A DNA stretch of 64,000 nt, taken from IMG/VR virus record IMGVR_UViG_3300048851_000105, positions 61,779 to 125,778 of that record. One strand, given 5' to 3'. Within the stretch, counting starts at the first letter, position 1. Each line of letters opens with the position of its first letter. Below are positions 54,060 to 63,000 of this stretch, piece by piece. Made by a program: the position numbers and the translations under genes. This DNA comes from a virus. The notes below the pieces were generated by a model. That model was not told the DNA's origin and made no database searches. It saw only the letters and a program-made list of their open reading frames with translations.

Positions 54060-54959
54060 ATGGCCAATTCAACTGACGACCTCGACGCACTTCTCGGGTT
54101 CACCGAATCCGACAGCGCGGCCGCAGCCGCGCCCACTCCCGCAGCGCCCGCAGCCACTCCCGCAGCGCCCGCAGCCACTCCCGCAGCGCCCGACGACGTC
54201 CCTGTGGTCCAGCCCCAGGAGGAGGACCAGACCATCGTCGAGACGACCCCCGCGGCCGATCCGATCGTCACCGAGGCCCCGGTCCAGCAGGAGGCGCCCG
54301 CGAAGCCGAAGCGCACGCGGCGCTCCAAGGCCGAGATCGAAGCCGAGCGCGCCGCTGCACAGCCCGCGGCCGCCGTTCCCGACGTGACGTCCCTCAGCGA
54401 CGAGGAGGCCCAGCGTGCCTACCTCGACGCCCTCCAGCAGCGCCTGCGCACTCAGACGCCCGACGTGGCGCCGCGGCCCGAGACGGAACTCACTCCGCTC
54501 CAGCGCCAGATCAGGGAGGCGGAGGACGCCGTCGCGCGCAAGACCGCGGACGACCTCGTGACCGCCGAGCCCGCCTTCGAGACGGCGCAGAGCGACAACG
54601 TCATCCTCATCCACATCGTCAACGACGGACTCGTCATCAACAGCCGTCCGGTCTACCGCGGCCAGGAGTTCGCGTTCGAGGTCGGCGGGGTCGCCTACGA
54701 GCAGACCAAGGACAAGTTCGGCGTCTCCTTCCTCTCGATCGCCGACGACATCGACGAGCAGTACGCGCGCTGGGGCGAGCAGAAGATCGCTCCCGGCCCG
54801 TGGCGTGGCAAGCGCGCAGGTACGCTCACGCTCCGGGACGCTCCGGCGGAACTCACCGTCGAAGAGAAGCAGGCGTGGCTCGTCGACATGACCGCGCACC
54901 TGCGCGCAGAGCAGCAGCGCTCGAACGCCGCACCCGTCGCGGTTCGCTTCGGCGCCTAG
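54060..54959 (+). CDS. hypothetical virion-associated protein, A/P/T-rich N-terminus
   Basis: in the structural operon; KRTRRSKAEIEA motif. Confidence 0.7.
   Translation: MANSTDDLDALLGFTESDSAAAAAPTPAAPAATPAAPAATPAAPDDVPVVQPQEEDQTIVETTPAADPIVTEAPVQQEAPAKPKRTRRSKAEIEAERAAAQPAAAVPDVTSLSDEEAQRAYLDALQQRLRTQTPDVAPRPETELTPLQRQIREAEDAVARKTADDLVTAEPAFETAQSDNVILIHIVNDGLVINSRPVYRGQEFAFEVGGVAYEQTKDKFGVSFLSIADDIDEQYARWGEQKIAPGPWRGKRAGTLTLRDAPAELTVEEKQAWLVDMTAHLRAEQQRSNAAPVAVRFGA
54133..54192 (+). repeat. 21-nt tandem coding repeat (~3 copies, TPAAPAA)
   Basis: CCACTCCCGCAGCGCCCGCAG units. Confidence 0.8.
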
Positions 54960-54973
54960 GAGAGGAGTGCGGG

Positions 54974-55495
54974 ATGGCGTACAAGGAGTATTCCAAGCAG
55001 GACCTGGCTGACTTCAGTGGTCGGCCGGTGGCCTCGTACACGTCATACGCGGAGAAGTCCGCCATCCCGCAAGCCCTCCTGCTCTTCAAGATCGGCACCT
55101 GCCTCGCGAGCCCGGGCGATCTCTCGCCTGTGCACCAGGAGTTGCTCGACATGGCCATCGTCTCGATGGCGGACGGCATCTACCTGTCGCAGCCCTTCAT
55201 GCAGGTGAAGGCGAGCCCGTTCAGTTCCGAGACGATCGGTTCCTACTCGTACTCGAAGGTGGCGGCGGCCGTCGCAGCCAAGGTCGAGACGGGCATCGAG
55301 TGGTTCGACATCGCGACTTCGACGCTGTCGGTGTGCGACGAGATCGGAGAGCCCACGATCTCGTTCGGAGGCATCGACATGATGAACGCCTCGGATGGGC
55401 ACCTCATCAGCGTGACCAGCACCACCAGCCACTACCTCTCACCTTCCGAGGTGGGCCAGAGCCGTGCATGGGGCTACGACCCCGTGTTCTGGTGA
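54974..55495 (+). CDS. head-to-tail adaptor
   Basis: SETIGSYSYSK motif; synteny. Confidence 0.75.
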   Translation: MAYKEYSKQDLADFSGRPVASYTSYAEKSAIPQALLLFKIGTCLASPGDLSPVHQELLDMAIVSMADGIYLSQPFMQVKASPFSSETIGSYSYSKVAAAVAAKVETGIEWFDIATSTLSVCDEIGEPTISFGGIDMMNASDGHLISVTSTTSHYLSPSEVGQSRAWGYDPVFW

Positions 55496-55498
55496 GCC

Positions 55499-56002
55499 AT
55501 GAGGCACCTGTTCAGTTCCGTCGTGAAGGCGGAGCAGATGGTTCTCTCGCAGGCGAACGGCATCCGCAGCACGTCCTGGGCGCCCGCGGGCTCCACAGAG
55601 GACGAGAAGGCCATGCTGGCGTGGATTCCCTGCCGGATCGACCTCCAGTTCGTCCGGCCCGGTAAAGACGCTCCTGTGGCCATCCAGGCCGGGCAGGCGC
55701 CCGAGCGCTTCGGCATCCTCTTCTGCGGCGACGAGTATTACGGGGTGCTCCGCCCCGGCATGCGGCTGGTCACGATCGACAACGCCATCGGCCAGCAGCC
55801 GGTGCGAGGAATCTTCGACCTGCGAGCGATTCCTGATCTCGCGCAGGACTTCTCCCGCGGGCACCACATCGAGACTCAGGTCTTCGAGATGCTCCAGCCC
55901 AACGTCAGCACGCAGATGCCGGAGTCGGACGGCTCGTACGAACTCGACAATCTCCTGGCCGCGTCCGACACACCGGCTGACCCGTTCGCGGTGGGTGACT
56001 GA
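55499..56002 (+). CDS. head-to-tail stopper
   Basis: IPCRID...HHIE.QV; synteny. Confidence 0.65.
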   Translation: MRHLFSSVVKAEQMVLSQANGIRSTSWAPAGSTEDEKAMLAWIPCRIDLQFVRPGKDAPVAIQAGQAPERFGILFCGDEYYGVLRPGMRLVTIDNAIGQQPVRGIFDLRAIPDLAQDFSRGHHIETQVFEMLQPNVSTQMPESDGSYELDNLLAASDTPADPFAVGD

Positions 56003-56376
56003 TGCCCGGGGTCTACCTGTACTCCGACTGGAGTGAGATCGATCGAGAACTCGATCGGCTCTCGAAGATGCCCGACCCCGAGACGGTGGCGTTGCTCGAT
56101 GCGGGCCTCGCGGAACTCTTCGGCTTCAGCCAGTCGGTCGTCGACGTCGTCACGGGCTCCCTGAAGGGCTCCGGGCGGAAGTCCTCTCAGGTCGATCGAG
56201 CGGGACACACCTGGCAGGGCGAGATCACCTATGGCGGGAATTCCACAGGTGTGAATAACCCTGTTGACTACGCCTGGTACGAGCAGCGCCGCAACGGCAG
56301 CCACGACTTCATGAAGCCCGTGGTCATGCTCTCTGACGAGGTGCTCGGCACGGCCGTGCAGAAGGGTGTCTCATGA
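56002..56376 (+). CDS. neck/tail-completion protein (HK97 gp10-like)
   Basis: VVTGSLK.SG...DYAWYE...HDFM. Confidence 0.65.
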   Translation: MPGVYLYSDWSEIDRELDRLSKMPDPETVALLDAGLAELFGFSQSVVDVVTGSLKGSGRKSSQVDRAGHTWQGEITYGGNSTGVNNPVDYAWYEQRRNGSHDFMKPVVMLSDEVLGTAVQKGVS

Positions 56377-56918
56377 CCGACGTGTCCGTGGCAGCGCAGC
56401 AGATTCTCGTGCAGGACCCAGAGGTCCTCTCCTCGGGCCTCATCGGATTCGACGAGACGTGGACCCAGGGCTGGGTCTTCCCCGAGGTGCCCGGCGCACT
56501 CATCGAGAACAGCGAGCAGTGCGCGATCGTCATCATGGAGACCGATCCCTGGACGGACGCCAACGCGCACAACCGCGCCGAGTTCGCCACCCTCACGGTC
56601 GACATCTGGGCCGACCCTTCGCGCAACGCAGACAAGAGCGTGCGCCTGGAGGACGCCAAGGACAAGATCAAGGCCGTGGCCAAGATCGTCGACCGCAACT
56701 TCCACCTCGTGCATCCCGCCGTGGCTGCGTCCGACCCGCTCTACATGGGCGCCAAGGGCATGCCGCGCATCTGGGGCACCGAGGCCGAGGTGACTCAGCG
56801 CACAGGCATCACGATCGTCTCCGCCGTGCGCAACTCCGGGCCGCAGTGGAACCCGATGTCGAACAACCCCAGCGGCTGGAGAGGTCGCTACACGTACCAC
56901 CTGCAATACTCCTCCTGA
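56373..56918 (+). CDS. tail terminator
   Basis: synteny; LTVDIWAD. Confidence 0.6.
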   Translation: MTDVSVAAQQILVQDPEVLSSGLIGFDETWTQGWVFPEVPGALIENSEQCAIVIMETDPWTDANAHNRAEFATLTVDIWADPSRNADKSVRLEDAKDKIKAVAKIVDRNFHLVHPAVAASDPLYMGAKGMPRIWGTEAEVTQRTGITIVSAVRNSGPQWNPMSNNPSGWRGRYTYHLQYSS

Positions 56919-56940
56919 TCATTTCAAGAAAAGAGTCGCC

Positions 56941-58155
56941 ATGACGACCGTGTACCTGAAGGTGCCGCTCTCTCCATACTCCGGCTACGGAGCGGACGGG
57001 ATCGGCATCGCCAAAGCGCTCATCGAGTCCGGCGCCGACGTCTTCGTCGAGCCCACCGTGGTCCAGTACCCCCTCCCGGAGGTGGTGAACAACCACATCA
57101 ACCGACCCGTGCGGGGGCCGTTCGATGTCGCGATCGTGCACGTCGACCCCATGAACCTGAAGGCCACGGACGAACTCCGCGCAGAGGCCACCACCCTGAT
57201 CGGGTGGACCATGTGGGAGTACACCAGCCTGAGTAACATGGCGGGCTCGTGGGAGGACAAGAAGAATCCTCCGCAACTCGACGAGTACATGCGAGAGAAC
57301 CTCCGCAACTTCGACATCCTCGTGGCGTACGATCCCATCTCGAAGGGGGCGCTGGAGCCTTACTTCGACGGCCCCATCATCACTGTCCAGGGCGGATTCG
57401 ACCCCACGATGTGGCCGCGGCTCGCCAACCGAGACTGGAACAGCCCCGAGTTCCGGTTCTGCATGATCGGAGTCCTCAGCGAGCGCAAGGACCCGTTCGT
57501 CGCGATCCAGGCCTTCGGTCAGGCCAAGGAGGCCGACCCTGAGTTCAATCGCTGGGCACGGCTCTCCCTGAAGACGGTCGCGGTCGGACTGCACTCCAAG
57601 ATGGAGGACATGTTCGGCGAGGTCGAGGGCACGGACGGCCGCCGCTACGAGCAGGCCGAGGACGGCACGCTCTACCAGAGCCTCCGAATCTTCTACGATA
57701 ACTGGGACACCGAGACGGTCCGGCAGTTCTACGCCGCCAACCACGTGCTCCTGGCACCCAGCCGCGGCGAGGGAAAGAACATGCCCGCCCTGGAGTTCAT
57801 GTCCACGGGCGGCACCGTCATCGCGACGAACTGGGGTGGCCACCTCATGTGGCTCTCGAACGAGTACGCCTATCCGCTCGATTACGAACTCGCGCCGTGC
57901 GAGCCGGGCTCGGACTCCATGAATGCGCGCGCCAGCGTCGAGCACCTTCGAGACCTCATGCTGCACACGTTCCACCACCGCGTAGAGGCGCGTGAGAAGG
58001 GCGAGATCGCCTCGTCGACGATCCCGGTCATGTCCGCGTGGTCGAGGGTGATGGATCGACTCTTCAACCGCTGCGCTGAGGAACTCGGTGGCTCGAAGGG
58101 CACTGCGCTCGACAGCGCCGTCGCAGGACTCAACTTCCACCAGAGCAAGCGATGA
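56941..58155 (+). CDS. GT-B (family 4-like) glycosyltransferase
   Basis: YSGYG, TMWE, RKDP...AF, LLAPSRGEGKNMPALEFMSTGGTVIATNWGG. Confidence 0.88.
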   Translation: MTTVYLKVPLSPYSGYGADGIGIAKALIESGADVFVEPTVVQYPLPEVVNNHINRPVRGPFDVAIVHVDPMNLKATDELRAEATTLIGWTMWEYTSLSNMAGSWEDKKNPPQLDEYMRENLRNFDILVAYDPISKGALEPYFDGPIITVQGGFDPTMWPRLANRDWNSPEFRFCMIGVLSERKDPFVAIQAFGQAKEADPEFNRWARLSLKTVAVGLHSKMEDMFGEVEGTDGRRYEQAEDGTLYQSLRIFYDNWDTETVRQFYAANHVLLAPSRGEGKNMPALEFMSTGGTVIATNWGGHLMWLSNEYAYPLDYELAPCEPGSDSMNARASVEHLRDLMLHTFHHRVEAREKGEIASSTIPVMSAWSRVMDRLFNRCAEELGGSKGTALDSAVAGLNFHQSKR

Positions 58156-58367
58156 GACCGGCCGCGGAGTATCGCTGTCCTCGTGACAGGAGAACCATGT
58201 TCGGGGTGGCCGTGGTGGTCCACCCTGACAGTGAGGGCGTGCTGGAGTTCGCTTGCCAGGAGTGCCGTCGCGTGCTGGGCAAGCGAGGTCTCGTGGTCGG
58301 CCGAGTGCTGCACCGTTACCAACTGGACGGGACGTTCATCGCCACGGAGCACGTTGCCCAACGCTGA
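58152..58367 (+). CDS. small zinc-ribbon protein
   Basis: YRCP...LEFACQEC...VLHRY. Confidence 0.6.
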   Translation: MRPAAEYRCPRDRRTMFGVAVVVHPDSEGVLEFACQECRRVLGKRGLVVGRVLHRYQLDGTFIATEHVAQR

Positions 58368-58446
58368 GGTCGGAATCTGCCAATGGTAGAGCCAGAAGGT
58401 CGAGCGCTCGGCCTGCACTTCTTCACTGGACGGAGCGGACTCCAAA

Positions 58447-59025
58447 ATGGCGAATCCCACCGCTGAAGGCTTCAGCCTCAGCCACGCAGCGATCCTCGAC
58501 GGCACGACCGGACTCGACGCTCTCGACGGCGACATCTACGGCATCCGGTCGGGCTCGCTCGAACTCGACAGCGACTCGTACGACAACACCGGCGACGACA
58601 GCATCCTGTCGCGCTGGTACTGGGCCAACGCGGTGAACGTCTCCGTGACGTCGGGGTACATCCCCTTCCGCACGATCGCGCTCATCACGGGCTCGAAGGT
58701 CACGTCGTCCGGCGCCGCGCTGACGGAGACGTTCAGCATCCCCCTGTGGGAGCAGCGTCAGATGAACACGCAGCCCCGGCCGATGCTCATCCGCGTCCCC
58801 TCGAAGGACAAGGACGGCGTCGCCCGCCGACTCGACTTCATCCTCTACAAGGTCCAGTTCCAGCCGATGTCGTTCGACGGCCCGGCCTACAAGGAGGGCC
58901 TGCTCATCAACTACAACGGCGCCGCTCTCTTCTCCGACAAGGACGAGAAGGGTGTGCAGGTCGTCGACTCGCAGACCGGCCTCCCGACGACCGCCGTGGG
59001 GCGCCTCCTCAGCGCACCGGCCTGA
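58447..59025 (+). CDS. major tail protein
   Basis: synteny; DIYG...NTGDD..L..W; LYKVQF. Confidence 0.8.
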   Translation: MANPTAEGFSLSHAAILDGTTGLDALDGDIYGIRSGSLELDSDSYDNTGDDSILSRWYWANAVNVSVTSGYIPFRTIALITGSKVTSSGAALTETFSIPLWEQRQMNTQPRPMLIRVPSKDKDGVARRLDFILYKVQFQPMSFDGPAYKEGLLINYNGAALFSDKDEKGVQVVDSQTGLPTTAVGRLLSAPA

Positions 59026-59063
59026 TCCACCGCAACACCCTCATAACGAGAAAAGGAGTCGCA

Positions 59064-59684
59064 ATGACGACCAACGAGCCGGACACCGGCACGGACACGA
59101 CCGACGTCGTGGAAGACCAGGCAGCCGTCGAAGAGGAGACCAACTCCGACATCGACGCGCTCCTGGCGGACCCCAGCGTCATCACTCTCTCGGACGGACA
59201 GCGCTACCGTGTCGAGCGACTGAAGACCCGAGGGATGCTCCGCCTCCTGAAGGTGCTCACCGGTGGTGCGCAGGACGTCCTCATGCAGACGAAGTTCTCG
59301 GCCGACATGGACCCCCAGGAGTTCGCCGGAATCTTCATCGGCTCCCTCCTCTTCTCCCTCCCCGAGCAGGAGAACGAGACGGTCGACTTCATCAAGGGCA
59401 TGGTGCTCCCGTACCACTTCATCGACCGCCCCGTCACGGTGGCCGAGAAGGAGTCGAACCGCGACGCCATCCTCGCCCTCGAAGACCTCCTGGATGACCC
59501 GGAGCCCGAGGACACGATCGCCATCCTCACCGCCGTCTTCACGATCGAGGCTCCGAACATCCTGAGCCTGGGAAAACGAGTCATGGCTCTTCTGGAGGTC
59601 CAGAGGAAGAGCCAGACCGCGAAGGGACTCCTGAAGTCCCCGAGCGAGCGCTCGCGCTCCTCGAAGCCCAGCGACGAGAACTAG
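59064..59684 (+). CDS. tail assembly chaperone (short form)
   Basis: AAGGAG RBS; lies between the major tail and tape measure genes. Confidence 0.8.
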   Translation: MTTNEPDTGTDTTDVVEDQAAVEEETNSDIDALLADPSVITLSDGQRYRVERLKTRGMLRLLKVLTGGAQDVLMQTKFSADMDPQEFAGIFIGSLLFSLPEQENETVDFIKGMVLPYHFIDRPVTVAEKESNRDAILALEDLLDDPEPEDTIAILTAVFTIEAPNILSLGKRVMALLEVQRKSQTAKGLLKSPSERSRSSKPSDEN

Positions 59685-60073
59685 ACCCCCGAGGACTGGT
59701 TGGGGGCTTCGCCACAGCGTTCGATCTCGTATCCAGCGAGTACGGATGGACAGATGAACAGATCGGAGAACTCCCTCTAGTCAGATTCCGCCAGATCACG
59801 TCAGCGATCCAGATTCGTCAGGCAGCCAAGGTCCGCGAGCAGCGGTCCCTCACCTCCTGGCAGACCCGGGTCTTGGCCTCCTACATCGCAGGCGGCTACA
59901 TGATCGAGAAGGGCAAGGAGAACTCGGCATTCAAGGAGGCTCAAAAGTTGGGCTACGACTCGATTGACCAGGCCTTGCTGGGAGTCAGTGCCGGGGGGAA
60001 CAAGGAGAACACCGCAGGCTCGTTCGAGAGGCTCATGGCCTGGGCAGGCGCCGGAATGACGAAGAGGCAGTAG
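59570..60073 (+). CDS. tail assembly chaperone -1 frameshift extension
   Basis: slippery G GGA AAA at 59570-59576; -1 frame open to the stop at 60073 and contains YGWTDEQIGELP. Confidence 0.8.
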   Translation, partial: GKTSHGSSGGPEEEPDREGTPEVPERALALLEAQRRELDPRGLVGGFATAFDLVSSEYGWTDEQIGELPLVRFRQITSAIQIRQAAKVREQRSLTSWQTRVLASYIAGGYMIEKGKENSAFKEAQKLGYDSIDQALLGVSAGGNKENTAGSFERLMAWAGAGMTKRQ

Positions 60074-60088
60074 GAGGGGGGAGACGAA

Positions 60089-63000
60089 ATGGCCGACAGA
60101 GAGACCAGCGTTCGGTATCGCGCTCTCGGTGATTTCGCCTCCCTCGCTCGCTCCACCCGCACTGCCAAGCGCAACATCGACGACCTCCGCAAGTCGGAGG
60201 AGCGTCTCAACGCCACCACGGCGGCCGGTGAGCGCAGTTCTGCCTCTGCCGTGGGTCAGCACACGGCGGCCCGGGAAAAACTCGCCACAGCGGCCGACAA
60301 GGGCGCAGGGGCCGTCCAGCGCAGCACGGTGCGTTTCCTGGAGAATGCTCGCGCCGCCCGATCTTCCGCGGACGCCACGCAGTCCAACGCCACGGCGCAG
60401 GAGCAGTTGGCGAACTCCACGCAGAAGACCGAGTTCGCCACTCGTCGGCAGCGCATCGAGGCTGAGCGCCTCGCCGCGGGCATGGGCAAGTCCGAGACGG
60501 CCACGCGTCGTCAGCGCCGTGAGCAGGAGCGCTTCCAGGCCACGGTCAAGCAGAGCGTCGACGGCGTCTCGAAGTTCCAGCAGGGTCTCAACCGGCTCCA
60601 GAACTGGCGCCCACGGCTCACCCCGCCCTTCATCCAACTGATTCCCCTCCTCGCAGGAGCGCTCGGGCTCATCAACCCGCTCGTTGCGGGTGTCGGCGCG
60701 CTCTCGGCCGCAGGCTTCGGGCTGGCCACCAGCCTCGGCTCTGTCGCAGGCGTGCTCGCCACAGGGTTCATCCCCGGCATCGCCACCGCCATCGGTCTCG
60801 TGGCGGCGCTCCGTAGCGCCTTCGGCGGCATCGGTGGCGCCTTCAAGGCCTTCGGTCAGGCTCGTAACGCCGCGGGCGGTGGGGGAGGCGGAGGTGCGTC
60901 CTCGCGCCCCATCGAGATCACCCAGACCGAGAAACTGGCTCGTGCGCAGGAAGACCTCGCTCGCGCCACCCAGGACGTCACCTTCGCGCAGGAGGACCTC
61001 AACGAGGCCCGCGGCGGGTACGTCCAGCGCCTGAAGGAACTCCAGCGCGCTGTCGACCGCGCAGCGATGAGCGAGGCTCGGGCTGCGGCGAACTCGCAAC
61101 TGGCTCGTGAGAACTACGCCAACGTCCTCGCCGACCCGGGCTCCACCAAGGGCCAGAAGATGGACGCCGCCGCGGGCGTCAAGGAGGCCGGGGCCGAGTA
61201 CACCGACACGGTCCAGGAGAACAAGAAGAACCAGGCCGACCTCCTGGAGATGCAGCGCCGCGGCATGGCGCAGGATCGCCAGGTCATTCAGGCCCAGCGC
61301 GGGCTCACGGACGCCATCAACCGGCAGAGGGATGCTCAGATCGCGCTCGCCAACGCGCAGCGCGGCACGAACGAGGCCGTGGGCGGCGGGGCCGCGGCGA
61401 TGGACGAGTACCAGCGTCTGCTCGACAAGTTGTCCCCGAGCGCGCGGAAGTTCGTCGAGTACATCGTCGGCATGACCGAAGAGTGGGAGGCGCTTCAGCG
61501 CGCCACTCAGGAGTCCTTCTTCAGCGAGGTCGTTGACGATCTCGATCTCCTCCGGAAGTACCTGCCTCCCGTGCAGTCCATGCTCACCTCGATCGCGGGC
61601 GCTGCGGGTCGAGTCTTCAGCCGTCTGCTCAACCGGACGACGTCGCCGCAGTGGCTCGCAGACATCGTCACCTTCGGCAACCAGGCCGCGCCGGTCATCG
61701 AGACGATCGGTGACGGACTCCTCGATCTCCTGGACGCCTTCCGCGACCTCACGATCGCGTCGATGCCGTTCCTCCAGGACCTCGCGGAGATGTTCCGCGA
61801 CACGTCGAAGGAATTCTCGATTTTCGTGGCGAACGGACGCAAGTCCGGCTCGATCGCGGCATGGCTGGAGAAGGGCCGTCAGCGGCTGGAGCAGTGGTCG
61901 CGGATCGTCGGCAACATCGCCAAGACCCTCGTGAACTACGGCGGGGCCAGCGAGGACTTCGCCAACTGGGTCACGGACGGCCTGGAGCAGATGACCGAGG
62001 GGTGGCTCGCCAGCAGCGAGGCCGCCAAGCAGGCCGGGTCCCCCTTCCAGGACTACCTCGAAGACATCCGCCCCCTGCTCTCCGAGGTGAGTGGGCTCAT
62101 CGGAGACTTCTTCGGCTGGTTCTCCGAAGAGGCGATGGACCCCGACAACATCAACCAGATGCTGGACATCTTCCAGACGCTGCGTGAGGACGTCGGACCT
62201 GCCCTGAAGTCGATCTTCGACTCCCTCTCCGAGGCTGAGATCGGCCCTGGACTCGTCGAGGTCATCGGCAAACTGATCGATTTCGTTGCGGCCGTTCTGG
62301 AGGGAGGCGGCGCCGACGCGCTCGCAGGCTTCTTCGACCTCGTCGGGAACATGCTCGAAGCACTCACCGACTTCGCCAAGACCCCGGCAGGTAACGCCAC
62401 CCTCACCGCGCTCGGAGCCACGCTGGCTGCGCTCGCAGCCATGTCCTTCATCGGACAGTTCACTGGCCTCACGAATCTTCTTGGTCTCATCCTGAAGTTC
62501 GGCAAGGGCGGCGGCATCGGCACCCTTGGGGCCATCGCAAAGTTGCTCGGCGTGACTGGCGGTGGCACGACCGTAGTGCCTGGAGGCGGCTCAGGCGGCG
62601 GGGGAGGCCGTCACGGCTCTGGCACGACCATCATCGGCGGCTCGCCGGACGGCGGGGGACGTCACGGTGCGCCGAAGGCAGGAGGCTGGAAGGGTGCGGG
62701 TCGTGGCGGGCTCGCCCTGCTCGGTCTGGACTTCCTCCTCGACCTCGGCAAGGGCGCATCGAAGCCTGGAGGCGCAGCAGCCGCCAAGGGGGCCGCAGGA
62801 GCCGCTGGAGGAGCCGCCAAGGGTGCTGGGTCCTGGCTGGGTCGTCTCGGCGGCGCAGCGGCCCGTGGAGGCGCCGGAGGGCCCATCGGCATCGTCGCTG
62901 GTCTGCTCGGTGCAGTCACCGGCGGAGCCATCGCAGACACGGCCCCTGGCGGCAAGACCGGCTCGGCACAGCGAGTCGGCGGCAACGCGCTCGCGGGAGC

